A stretch of DNA of 64,000 nt, taken from NCBI GenBank assembly GCA_000146045.2, contig BK006942.2, positions 128,001 to 192,000 of the forward strand. Reading direction: 5' to 3'. Origin of the DNA: TPA_inf: Saccharomyces. Lineage: Eukaryota. Of the stretch, positions 35,278 through 45,592 are shown in pieces (the first letter of the stretch is position 1; each line of letters starts with the position of its first letter). Under the pieces are notes generated by a model that was not told the origin of the DNA, did not search any database, and saw nothing but the letters and a program-made list of their open reading frames with translations. A program made the position numbers and the translations under genes.

Positions 35278-37761
35278 TTAAACGTGACTTTGGCTGCGAT
35301 TCATGGTTTTTGCCCTTATATCTTCGTTGTCATTATTATCAGCATTATTAGGATAATCCTTTCCATGTAATAGAAAACTTTTATTTTTCAACATGGATAA
35401 CTTTTCGTCCACTTTATCTATTTCAAAAATTTGCCTTGGTGTAGCCGCTGACTTCTTTACATTAGGTACATTAGAAGCCGCTTTATTGTTGTTAGCCAAA
35501 AGAGGATTCACGTTGTTTTGATTTGGAACAACCCTGGGACGATGTATCGAAATTGAGGTACCTCCACCATCTAAGATGTTATTAGAAGTATTAGTGGCCA
35601 TAAGTGGTGCAGATAATGGTATTCTCGAATCACCATTTTCATTCTTGATGTTAAAGTTGCTCCCAATGAGAGTGGTATTATTGCTGCCAGTTTGAGCACT
35701 AACGCTATTCTTGGGTTGTTCTGATAATTCACTCTGGGATGAAGATGCAGAAGTAGGATTAGATCTTTTTCTTGACAAAAAGTCACTTGCAAAGCTGCTT
35801 CTTGCACTTGGCGGAGCTGTTGGTATAACAGAATATCTTCTTTCATTATAAACAAGGCCAACCTCCTTTACTCTGGTGGTATTCAAGTCCGTTTGTGGGA
35901 CCTTAGAAAATGAATCCGATGCTTCATCATACTCCCATAATGACCAAGTGATTCCATATGGTTTTGGTTCTAGGCAATATACACAATGTAATGGGACATC
36001 CAAATTGGCAATAATACCCATACTCAAGTTCATAAAATAACCCAATAAGGCTCTTGCCACCACCCGGTGTGTAATAATAAGAACGTTATCCTCGATTCTT
36101 TCTAGTTCTGTGATAACAGGTCTGAGTCTATTAATAACGTCCATATACGATTCACCGCCAATACCAGGGTATCTGTATCTCAACTTATCTTTCTGTCTTT
36201 TTTCGAATTCTTCAGGAAAGTTGTTTTTAATTTCTGGATATGTCATACCATCATAATCACCTGCACTTAACTCATCTAACATTTTCATTTGTTTGATAGG
36301 ATAATCATCTTCGTTGAAATATTGAGCAGTCCCTATAGTCCTAGCACGCATGCTGGTCCAAACGAAAAAGTCATTATAAATGTTCCCATCTGTATTTTCA
36401 TTATTCTTTTTTTGTTGCATGAGATTTTGATAAAATATTTCTCTCTGTCTGGCAATGAATTTTGGTAGACTTTTAGCAAATCTTAGACCACGAGGAGTCA
36501 AATGGGAATTTCCGCCTATACGGCCACTAACATTATCTTCGCTCTCGCCACTTCTCGTTATCCAAATTTGTCTGTCAGCCAAATTGAAATTTAACAAATA
36601 ATATACCGTCTGCGAAGCTAAAAACCCTTGAATATTGTATGCGATGACTTTCTTTCCCACATCTATCATTTTGATGTACTGCAAATTTTCGTCATCCTCA
36701 ATTGGTTCATAGGCTTTCAAGTAGTTTGCCAGGCGACTTTTAAAATCTTTTAAAGAGCTTTCAGGATCTTTACCTTTGTAATCTGGACCAAATAATTTGA
36801 GTCTAATATTTTTCTGTACCAGTGCATGATCCGAACAAACAGATTCTAAAAATAAAACCTTCAAATGAGGACTTCTCTTTCTGATTCTAGCCAGAACGTT
36901 TTTTCTTCTTTCACGAGAGGTATTTGTAGCATCAAAAATTCCCACAGATCCTGAACCTTCTAATAAATAATCTAGCAATTCATCCAGAGTATCCATGGCC
37001 CATTTGTCTCTCAACCTAGTAGAGTCGGCGTTTTTCGGCTCGAAAAACTTTGAATCCTGGTCCTTTAGGCCATGCTCCTTAGCAAACTTCCTTCTAGTGT
37101 TACCGACATTAAACACTTTACAATAGTATAAAGAATAATTTAAAAATCTGGATAATTTATTTGTAATAAATGACTTTCCCGTAGCTGGCAGTCCGACCAT
37201 GACAATCACTAACTTTGATCCACTATCTTCCTTTGATATGAGACCATCTGGAGATGTTTTAGACTTTGTTAAACCAGGAACATCGATGGTGGTAGGTCTT
37301 CTTTTATGGTGTCTCGTAGGTGATTTAATGTCTTTCAAATCAATCCGAGTTACCTCATTTGCTCCATCTGAAGGAGGCATGTAGTCAGTAGTATCGTTTG
37401 TGGGAATTTTAGCATTTTTTAGTTGCGTTTCGTCGTTAATATGCAATCGATGTAGCGATTTCAAATTAGTAGCGCTATTTTCAGGAGAGTCAGAAGGTGT
37501 ATTTTCTTCAGTGATTCCAGGAGAGTTCCAATTGCTCGATATAGGAGTATCGCTCAAAGGTCTTTTCTGAAAAAGTGGTAAGTGCTTAGATAATTCATCA
37601 TGCGGACCCTTTTCAGCATCAATTTTATCATCGGAACTCCGGGATAAAAGATCATAACTGGAGTCTTGACTAGGTGCCACATGGTGTGGAGATTGTGTAG
37701 GAGCAAGATCAATATCAGGCGGCACAGGAGATGTTTCAGAGAAGTCTACTGGTTTGAACAT
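35278..37761 (-). CDS. PFK26: 6-phosphofructo-2-kinase
   Basis: 827-aa ORF; Walker A GLPATGKS kinase domain followed by histidine-phosphatase-like domain; recognised as Pfk26. Confidence 0.9.
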   Translation of the reverse strand: MFKPVDFSETSPVPPDIDLAPTQSPHHVAPSQDSSYDLLSRSSDDKIDAEKGPHDELSKHLPLFQKRPLSDTPISSNWNSPGITEENTPSDSPENSATNLKSLHRLHINDETQLKNAKIPTNDTTDYMPPSDGANEVTRIDLKDIKSPTRHHKRRPTTIDVPGLTKSKTSPDGLISKEDSGSKLVIVMVGLPATGKSFITNKLSRFLNYSLYYCKVFNVGNTRRKFAKEHGLKDQDSKFFEPKNADSTRLRDKWAMDTLDELLDYLLEGSGSVGIFDATNTSRERRKNVLARIRKRSPHLKVLFLESVCSDHALVQKNIRLKLFGPDYKGKDPESSLKDFKSRLANYLKAYEPIEDDENLQYIKMIDVGKKVIAYNIQGFLASQTVYYLLNFNLADRQIWITRSGESEDNVSGRIGGNSHLTPRGLRFAKSLPKFIARQREIFYQNLMQQKKNNENTDGNIYNDFFVWTSMRARTIGTAQYFNEDDYPIKQMKMLDELSAGDYDGMTYPEIKNNFPEEFEKRQKDKLRYRYPGIGGESYMDVINRLRPVITELERIEDNVLIITHRVVARALLGYFMNLSMGIIANLDVPLHCVYCLEPKPYGITWSLWEYDEASDSFSKVPQTDLNTTRVKEVGLVYNERRYSVIPTAPPSARSSFASDFLSRKRSNPTSASSSQSELSEQPKNSVSAQTGSNNTTLIGSNFNIKNENGDSRIPLSAPLMATNTSNNILDGGGTSISIHRPRVVPNQNNVNPLLANNNKAASNVPNVKKSAATPRQIFEIDKVDEKLSMLKNKSFLLHGKDYPNNADNNDNEDIRAKTMNRSQSHV

Positions 37762-38414
37762 GAGCTTTTATTCCTCTTGCCTTTGTTCCCTTGAATAAAC
37801 CCTTCTTCTACGCCTCTTGTTATTATTTTTACTCTTTTAGCTTATGGCACAAAAGTACACAAATAGATACTAAAAGGCGAAATTTATTTCACTTGATTTA
37901 CCCGTAACTGAATACTTGAGTTTGTCTATATATATATATGTATACCTTTTATTGTTAAAAAAAGAATATGCCAACAAAATCTATAATAAATAGTCCATGT
38001 ACTCCACTATAAATTAATTTGCTATTGTCAGTAATGGCGCGATTAAAAATAAATAGGAAAAGAAATCTCTCCTCAAAAAATCTTATGTCCCCTAATTTCC
38101 GTATGTTGTGATTTTGGTATTCAGAGATGATCACGTGATATAAACGTGATTATTATTATCGGTCGGGTATCCCACTCGTATAATATGACAAATACGTTCG
38201 ATCAAAAGAAGGGTAATACTACTTCCCAAAATGGAAATATCAAAACGTTAGAAGAATTACAATTATAGCTTTGGTAACATTACTGATCTAAAAGAGCCTT
38301 AGCTCAGCCCGTTTGAGCTGTATAGATATTTTTTTAGTTTATTCGAGAGAAAACCGGTTTTTTTGTTAGTATCTTCAACAAAATTTTCCTAATTCAATAA
38401 GGACTTCAATTTCC

Positions 38415-39444
38415 ATGTCTTTTCTACAAAATTTGTATGTTGCTATTTTCTTTTCTACTTCAAGTATTATTGTTCATCTTTTATTAACAAACTGGGTATG
38501 AGTTACCTTTTGAAAGCAGTCATATAAGTCCCGGCCAAACAATAAGATCTACTAGAGGTTTCAAGTGGAATACTGCCAATGCAGCTAATAATGCAGGCTC
38601 TGTATCGCCTACTAAGGCAACTCCCCATAACAATACTATTAACGGCAATAATAATAATGCCAATACTATTAACAATAGAGCAGATTTTACAAACAATCCA
38701 GTAAACGGATATAATGAAAGCGACCATGGAAGGATGTCTCCCGTCCTCACTACGCCAAAGAGGCACGCCCCTCCGCCTGAACAATTACAAAATGTAACGG
38801 ACTTTAACTATACACCATCGCATCAGAAGCCGTTTCTACAACCGCAAGCAGGTACGACAGTTACAACACATCAAGACATCAAGCAAATTGTGGAGATGAC
38901 ACTGGGGTCTGAGGGAGTCCTTAACCAAGCTGTGAAGTTACCGCGTGGTGAGGATGAGAATGAATGGCTAGCGGTTCATTGCGTGGATTTTTACAATCAG
39001 ATTAATATGTTATACGGGTCCATCACAGAATTTTGCTCCCCACAAACATGCCCGAGGATGATAGCGACGAACGAATATGAATATCTTTGGGCATTTCAAA
39101 AGGGTCAGCCCCCCGTTTCGGTAAGTGCCCCTAAGTATGTGGAATGTTTGATGAGGTGGTGTCAAGACCAATTTGATGACGAATCTCTTTTTCCTTCCAA
39201 AGTCACCGGTACCTTCCCGGAGGGATTCATCCAACGAGTAATTCAACCAATTCTAAGGCGATTATTCAGAGTTTATGCGCATATTTACTGTCATCATTTT
39301 AATGAAATTCTTGAACTAAATTTACAAACCGTACTAAACACAAGTTTTAGACATTTTTGTCTTTTTGCACAAGAGTTCGAACTACTAAGACCGGCTGATT
39401 TTGGTCCGCTGTTAGAATTAGTGATGGAGTTGAGGGATAGGTAG
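38415..39444 (+). CDS. MOB1: Mob1 kinase-activator (mitotic exit network); split CDS: exon1 38415..38434, intron 38435..38519, exon2 38520..39444
   Basis: ATG TCT TTT CTA CAA AAT TT|GTATGT ... cag|T CAT ATA AGT gives MSFLQNFHISPGQTIRSTRGFKWNTANAANN, joining in frame to the Mob1/phocein domain ORF at 38734; total 314 aa. Confidence 0.85.
38435..38519 (+). other. MOB1: MOB1 intron (85 nt)
   Basis: GTATGT 5' site at 38435; no TACTAAC in the intron, best branch candidate TATTAAC at ~38482-38488; 3' site AG at 38518-38519. Confidence 0.75.
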
Positions 39445-39580
39445 TATTGTATATTTATATAAGTCTGCTTGTAGGTTGTATTCTTCCATGCATGGGACAC
39501 AAAAACAAAAATACGGAAACATATTAATATAACATATGGATGGAAGGAAATAAAAACATTCTAGTTTACTATACTTGTAT

Positions 39581-41641
39581 TTATGATTTGAAATCGTTTA
39601 TTGGAGTTTGAATATAAATATTGGGAACTTGATCTTGTAATTCAGAATCATTAGTATCAGGTAATGAAGACATGGATGTATTCGTATTTGTTTGATTGTC
39701 CAATTTTGGTGTTACCGTGGACCCCACATAATTACTATTTATATCATCGTTTTCATCATTTTCTACCATTGTGCTATTGGCATTACTCAGCTGATACTTA
39801 TTAATGCTGGTATGGTTATTGGTTAGCTTGGGTTTCCCATCTGAATTCAAGTTTAATTTTTGTGTTATGAATTTATACTTGTCTTGTATATTCGAAGTAG
39901 ATGTTAAGATCTTCAAATTATCAAACCAAGACATCATTGATTCATAAGAATCGGCTTTAAAAACCCAATTGTGACCACGACGAATTATGCCGTTTTGCTT
40001 AGCATGCAACACAAACTTAGCATCCGAACCAGTCGAATTTGGTGATGATGTACTGTTTTTCCGGGAATGTTCCGTCACAGTACATTCACTTAATGCTAAC
40101 GACATCACTGGTACTAAATCTTTTTTTCTGTCCGCGGTCTTGAATTCATGTAAAAAGTTCGGTGTCAGCACATAATACCCTTTTGAATAGGATTTTAGAA
40201 ATTTTGATCTTCTTTCTAAAAACCCTGATTTGATTTCATAAGTCAAAGGATCGAATTGGTATTTGTAAACGATTTCTTTGAATGTCCTCATCGGTAGATT
40301 AGGCAATAAAAAGTTGGGATCCCTTGAAATGAAGTTATCCCATTCAAATTGTGGGTCAACGTTGAAAAATCCAGAATCTAATTTGGATATCAATATATCG
40401 AAAACCAATTGTGCTTCTTGTCCCAGTAATCTGGCATATATTGTTAAAGAGTTTTGAATTTCCATAACTACAATTTTTTCTAATTCAGCGCCTGAAGTCT
40501 CTAAATTATCAAAAGCTTCATGCAGAAAGTTTTCCTCCTGAAGTTGCTTTTTAATTTGTCTATCAAGCGCCAGCTTGGTTAAGAATGGATCTTGTTTTGG
40601 CACTGAATAGCGCGCATCCTTTAAAGACTCCTGAAATTGCTTCATGGCCTGTTTTGTTTGTTGTAACTCTTTGGAACAAGAATTTTTGAAATCCGACTGC
40701 AGTGATTTTATTTCCTTTATCTTGACTATTAGATCTCTCCTCAAGTCTTCCAAACGAGGAATAACATCATTGGTCAATTCCCTTGATGCCTTAGACGCGC
40801 TGGATGCTAGGGATTCATGATACTGGTTCAAAATTGTTGGTAAGTCCTGTATCGAGCCATTACCCAATGGCAAAAAAAACTTTTGTACTGATTTATCCTC
40901 CTGCGAGCTTGGTTGGTATTGATTCTCGATCGAAAAGAATGGGAATTGTACAGCATGTGATAATCTTAGTTGCTGTCTAACAATTTCATCCTGAATAGAA
41001 GCGATTTCTGTTAAGTAAACGATCACCGACTTGATGACATTTCTCCAAGCTGAAAACCTCGCTGCAAGAATATCTGTTGGTTGCGCAGCTGTAGGGACCA
41101 GTATTACTAATGGAGATCTAGGATCTTGTTGTTGTTGCTGTTGCTGAGCAAGTCTTTGACGTTGTAAGGAAGACCTAGCCCTCGACAGTATTGAAGTGTT
41201 GGTTAAAGAGTTTTTCCCTTGGAGCTGTTTCCCGTTGTTATTATTGGGATCTGGGACAGCAATGGTTACATTGGTGTTCGAGTCGATATTAGGAGAACCA
41301 TTGCTTATGATACCTTGCAACCCTCCAGAATTCATCGTCAGCGTCCTATTGTTTTGAAACGTTGAATTACTAGTGGAAGGAACTGGTTGTCCATTCAAAT
41401 AGCTTTGTTGGTTTATATCGGATGTCAAACTGCCATTTTGAAAGCTTGCGCTCTGCTGCTGTTGCTGCTGCTGCTGCTGTTGTTGTTGTTGTTGTTGTTG
41501 CTGTTGTTGTAAAACGTTGGCATGATCTGCTGAAGTCATACTTCTCGTATGCTGCTGCAAGTTATGCAGGTGCTGAAGATTTAGCTGTTGCTGTGACAGC
41601 ATATCAGAGACCGCAGAGGTCATTGTGTTGTTTTTCGACAT
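39581..41641 (-). CDS. SLM1: PH-domain phosphoinositide/TORC2 effector Slm1
   Basis: 686-aa ORF with N-terminal polyQ, BAR-like region and PH domain; recognised as Slm1. Confidence 0.9.
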   Translation of the reverse strand: MSKNNTMTSAVSDMLSQQQLNLQHLHNLQQHTRSMTSADHANVLQQQQQQQQQQQQQQQQQQQSASFQNGSLTSDINQQSYLNGQPVPSTSNSTFQNNRTLTMNSGGLQGIISNGSPNIDSNTNVTIAVPDPNNNNGKQLQGKNSLTNTSILSRARSSLQRQRLAQQQQQQQDPRSPLVILVPTAAQPTDILAARFSAWRNVIKSVIVYLTEIASIQDEIVRQQLRLSHAVQFPFFSIENQYQPSSQEDKSVQKFFLPLGNGSIQDLPTILNQYHESLASSASKASRELTNDVIPRLEDLRRDLIVKIKEIKSLQSDFKNSCSKELQQTKQAMKQFQESLKDARYSVPKQDPFLTKLALDRQIKKQLQEENFLHEAFDNLETSGAELEKIVVMEIQNSLTIYARLLGQEAQLVFDILISKLDSGFFNVDPQFEWDNFISRDPNFLLPNLPMRTFKEIVYKYQFDPLTYEIKSGFLERRSKFLKSYSKGYYVLTPNFLHEFKTADRKKDLVPVMSLALSECTVTEHSRKNSTSSPNSTGSDAKFVLHAKQNGIIRRGHNWVFKADSYESMMSWFDNLKILTSTSNIQDKYKFITQKLNLNSDGKPKLTNNHTSINKYQLSNANSTMVENDENDDINSNYVGSTVTPKLDNQTNTNTSMSSLPDTNDSELQDQVPNIYIQTPINDFKS
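41447..41510 (-). repeat. CAG/CAA trinucleotide repeat encoding ~22 consecutive Gln in SLM1
   Basis: ctgctgctgttgctgctg...ttgttgttg on + strand; uninterrupted Q run in the translation. Confidence 0.9.
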
Positions 41642-41981
41642 TTTTTTTTCTTTTAATGTTGTATTCTTTTATTGTTAACTACTTTTTTTCTTTAAAAAGC
41701 TTCAAAAGAAGATGACCAAATGCAGATATAAGAACACTCTAATAGGTTGTACCAATTCAAGGGCTCAACAGATGTCCTCGTTGTTTTTCCCCCCCCCAGC
41801 TTGGATCGCTGTCACTCTTCAAGGCTTGAAAGCCTTCTCCCTTCTTCGATGGAATACGTAATGCCATGAGGGGAAAAGCCGCGGGAAGAGAAGGGTAACC
41901 CAATTTTAGGCCCCTGCAGGAACGTTAATCAATATATACTCTATCTAATGCAGTAATCTACGCTAAACATTCAAATGATCT

Positions 41982-43505
41982 TCATTGTGGGTTCTGCTGC
42001 TGCTCTCGGTATTCAGACTCTGCCAAAATTTCCATCTCTCTTATATTTAGTGTCTCCCACTCAGGTTCGCCAGTTTGTTCGTTGAACGATGCAATACATT
42101 CAAATTCAATATCCTGCTTGGAAAGTGACTCTTGCTCTTTTCTCATTTCCAAGGCCAGACTTCTTATGACGTTCTCACTACCCTGAGAAATGAACCACGC
42201 AGTCAGATCATCCAAGAGAACTTTGTCGTAGACGTAGTAAACATCATGGAAACGAAATGTTTCATGAATGTCCAAAAGCGCCCTTATGACTAGTCTCTTA
42301 CCACCTCGTAGAATATAATATACGAATGTCCACGCTTTCATTGCTAGGTCATAGTTTCTATGTAGTGGATAACTCAGGGCTCTCCTGATACCTGTAATGA
42401 TTGCAATCTTGATGAGAGAGCTGTCTTTATTAACCTTTGATATTTCTTTCATACCGTCTTGCAGTTCGTTCACCTGTTTTAATTGTTGGTCTAAGAATGA
42501 TATTTGAGGGCACAATTTTCCCATGGTCCAAGCACTCTCTGTGGTATGAGTACCTTCGTTTTCGATCTGTTCAAACACATAACTGAAAAGAACGCTGAGT
42601 ATAGTGACATAAAGTGGTTTTATATCTTCCACGAGATAAGACTTCTTGGGTAAATTGTCCTGCATCTGTTTTTGTTCCTCGTCAGTAAACTCAATTGGCA
42701 TGACCAGATTTGGGTTCGTACTGTCTTTGTACCATTGCAGGTATTGCTTTACGATCGAAGGTGTAAACTTCAGTAGTTCTTTAATGCCGTTAATTTCCAA
42801 GTCTTCCTCGTTACCGTATTTATGTGTCATATACTCGGAAACATAGTACTCAGGATCAAACTTCAAATTTTCTTTTCTTAACCTTTCAATAACTCTATCG
42901 TTCGCGTCAGTGTGTTCAGGATCGTCTAATTCATTGATATCGTTCCCGTTGCTTGTCGACACTGATATAACTGTATCATATAAGTTATCAAACCCATATT
43001 TTGTCTTCAATATTCCATTATTGGTGCTGGAATCCATCTTTTGCTCTATCTCCCAATTAAACCCCTCTCCCATTTGACCAATAGTCTTCACATCATCTTT
43101 AATATTATTCGACACGCCATCAGTTTCGACCTCTTGAATAAGGGGCTTTTGGGTTTTTTTCGCATCAGTATTTTCTGTTAATGCATCGGCACCTGCAAGA
43201 TCGCCTTGCCTAGCCAACAACTTTGTCGGTAGGTCCAAATCTTCGAAATATTCATTTTTATTCAGTTTGGCTACTTTTACATTGATGCATTCATCTTTGG
43301 AATCGTATTGAGCGGTAGACCTCTCATCATCGATTAATTCGTGAGGAAATCTTAATCTTAAATAGTAAGGGGATAAGTGAAAAATGATCATATTTTCTTG
43401 GATGATTATCTCTAAACCCACTGCACTGAACCTAATATTACTTATGAATATTTTGAGAAATATAAATTCCTCATCCTGTGTTATAGAGAATCTTGGTGTT
43501 ATCAT
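41982..43505 (-). CDS. SHQ1: H/ACA snoRNP assembly chaperone Shq1
   Basis: 507-aa ORF; N-terminal CS-like domain and Shq1-specific domain; recognised; synteny. Confidence 0.88.
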
Positions 43506-43750
43506 TATAGTTCAGAAGTGATGGTAGATTATAGCAAGTATTCTTCTTTTGTGAATCTTAATATTACTCTGAGCACTTGACACTGAATATTTAGTATTCA
43601 AAATTTTTCAGCTGATTTTTGCGATGCGATGGTGATGAAAAAAAAAACATGTAGTAGTAATAACAATCAAATAAAATAAGTGAAATCTCATGAACTATCT
43701 GCTGCGAATTTTAAGGATAATCGGATAGCTTGAAGCATTTCTTTTTCGTA

Positions 43751-45028
43751 ATGAGTGGCTCTACAGAATCTAAAAAACAACCAAGAAGAAGATTTATTGG
43801 GAGAAAATCTGGCAACAGTAATAATGACAAATTAACTACAGTGGCTGAAAATGGCAACGAAATAATCCACAAGCAAAAGAGTAGAATCGCCCTAGGTAGG
43901 AGTGTTAATCATGTGCCAGAAGATATATTGAATGACAAAGAGTTGAATGAAGCCATCAAATTATTGCCCTCTAACTACAACTTTGAAATCCACAAAACTG
44001 TGTGGAATATCAGGAAATATAATGCTAAAAGAATAGCCCTACAGATGCCTGAAGGTTTGCTGATTTACTCATTGATTATAAGTGACATTTTGGAACAGTT
44101 CTGTGGTGTTGAAACTCTAGTAATGGGGGATGTGTCTTATGGTGCATGCTGTATTGATGATTTTACTGCTAGGGCATTGGATTGCGATTTTATTGTGCAT
44201 TACGCTCATTCGTGTTTAGTTCCTATTGACGTTACAAAGATTAAAGTACTATATGTCTTTGTTACTATAAATATTCAAGAAGATCATATTATCAAAACGC
44301 TGCAGAAGAATTTTCCTAAGGGATCTAGAATCGCTACATTTGGTACCATTCAGTTTAATCCTGCGGTACACAGCGTCAGAGATAAACTGCTTAACGATGA
44401 AGAACACATGCTGTATATTATTCCACCACAAATCAAGCCTCTATCGAGGGGTGAAGTATTGGGGTGTACTTCTGAAAGATTAGATAAAGAACAATACGAT
44501 GCCATGGTATTCATCGGTGATGGTAGATTTCATTTGGAGTCTGCAATGATACATAATCCGGAAATTCCTGCATTCAAGTATGACCCATACAACAGAAAGT
44601 TCACTAGAGAAGGATACGATCAAAAGCAACTCGTGGAAGTTAGAGCAGAGGCCATTGAAGTCGCTCGGAAGGGTAAAGTTTTTGGTCTGATCTTAGGTGC
44701 ATTAGGTAGACAAGGTAATTTAAACACTGTAAAAAACTTGGAAAAAAACCTGATCGCAGCAGGTAAAACCGTGGTGAAAATTATTCTAAGTGAAGTTTTT
44801 CCCCAAAAGCTCGCAATGTTCGATCAAATTGATGTTTTTGTTCAGGTCGCATGTCCTAGACTGTCCATCGATTGGGGTTATGCCTTCAATAAACCACTAT
44901 TAACACCATATGAGGCTAGTGTCTTACTAAAGAAAGATGTCATGTTCAGCGAAAAATATTATCCAATGGATTATTACGAAGCTAAAGGATACGGGCGTGG
45001 GGAAACTCCGAAACATGCGATTGAATAG
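43751..45028 (+). CDS. DPH1: Diphthamide biosynthesis protein Dph1 (2-(3-amino-3-carboxypropyl)histidine synthase)
   Basis: ORF track begins 43730, but recognised Dph1 N-terminus is MSGSTESKKQPRRRF at 43751 (425 aa); Dph1/Dph2 radical-SAM-like 4Fe-4S family. Confidence 0.85.
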   Translation: MSGSTESKKQPRRRFIGRKSGNSNNDKLTTVAENGNEIIHKQKSRIALGRSVNHVPEDILNDKELNEAIKLLPSNYNFEIHKTVWNIRKYNAKRIALQMPEGLLIYSLIISDILEQFCGVETLVMGDVSYGACCIDDFTARALDCDFIVHYAHSCLVPIDVTKIKVLYVFVTINIQEDHIIKTLQKNFPKGSRIATFGTIQFNPAVHSVRDKLLNDEEHMLYIIPPQIKPLSRGEVLGCTSERLDKEQYDAMVFIGDGRFHLESAMIHNPEIPAFKYDPYNRKFTREGYDQKQLVEVRAEAIEVARKGKVFGLILGALGRQGNLNTVKNLEKNLIAAGKTVVKIILSEVFPQKLAMFDQIDVFVQVACPRLSIDWGYAFNKPLLTPYEASVLLKKDVMFSEKYYPMDYYEAKGYGRGETPKHAIE

Positions 45029-45187
45029 TTTAAATAGTTTTTGTTGTCACTTGTCTTCCTGTTACATATGTATAAATAGTTAGTATCATATTCTTCGGAG
45101 CATCTTTTCTATTGTTTAAACGTTTTTGACGGCTTGCAGGCGAAACTAAATTGTCTAAAATTCAAAACAATGCCTTCTAACTTGATA

Positions 45188-45310
45188 TCACTGCTGGTCA
45201 AGCCTATTTTTATTCTGGTTTCTCAGGCAAACCCAAATGATATTGTCAAATTTTTCACTGAGTTTGCCAAGCATATTTCCATGGACTTTTGTATGGAAAC
45301 CGTGATGAGA
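45188..45310 (+). pseudogene. Relic fragment of SEC24 coding sequence (~120 nt, ~90% identity to 30481..30614 reverse complement)
   Basis: cactgctggtcaa...caggcaaacccaaatgatattgtcaaatttttcactgagtttgccaagcatatttccatggacttttgtatggaaaccgtgatgaga matches SEC24 codons for ...GKNPNDIVKFSTEFAKHISMDFCMETVMR with 5 substitutions and a 2-nt indel over the best 85 nt. Confidence 0.7.
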
Positions 45311-45364
45311 AATCCGGGATTTCTCATCGAGGAAAGAAGTGACTCGAGCCTCTTAAGGCTTAGA

Positions 45365-45592
45365 TTAAACTTTTTTCTTTTTATCGCTGCGTATAAGCAA
45401 TACACCTAAAACAGAACCAGTTAAAGTAAACCCGATCAACAGTAAGAAGATGGGCAGGAAAATTGCAACATTGCTAGAAATGGGGAAGAGTAAACTCACA
45501 ACTGGATTGGAGTTCTCGATCTCGAAGATAGGCAGGAGCGACCATATGACATAATAAGTAAAAAGAAGGCAAATAATTACAAAACGGTTCAT
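45365..45592 (-). CDS. Small two-TM membrane protein, DPM2-like (YIL102C-A)
   Basis: 75-aa ORF with two hydrophobic helices and C-terminal KKKKV; recognised as YIL102C-A. Confidence 0.7.
   Translation of the reverse strand: MNRFVIICLLFTYYVIWSLLPIFEIENSNPVVSLLFPISSNVAIFLPIFLLLIGFTLTGSVLGVLLIRSDKKKKV

Noticed and set aside
43730-43750. Upstream ATG extension of DPH1 (and 4193-4243 for QDR2)
   Set aside because: The recognised protein N-termini begin at the downstream Met (MSGSTESKK / MAGATSS); the extensions are hydrophobic junk.
45134-45409. 91-aa ORF between DPH1 and YIL102C-A
   Set aside because: Its reading frame exists mainly because it traverses the SEC24-derived fragment; no conserved frame outside it.
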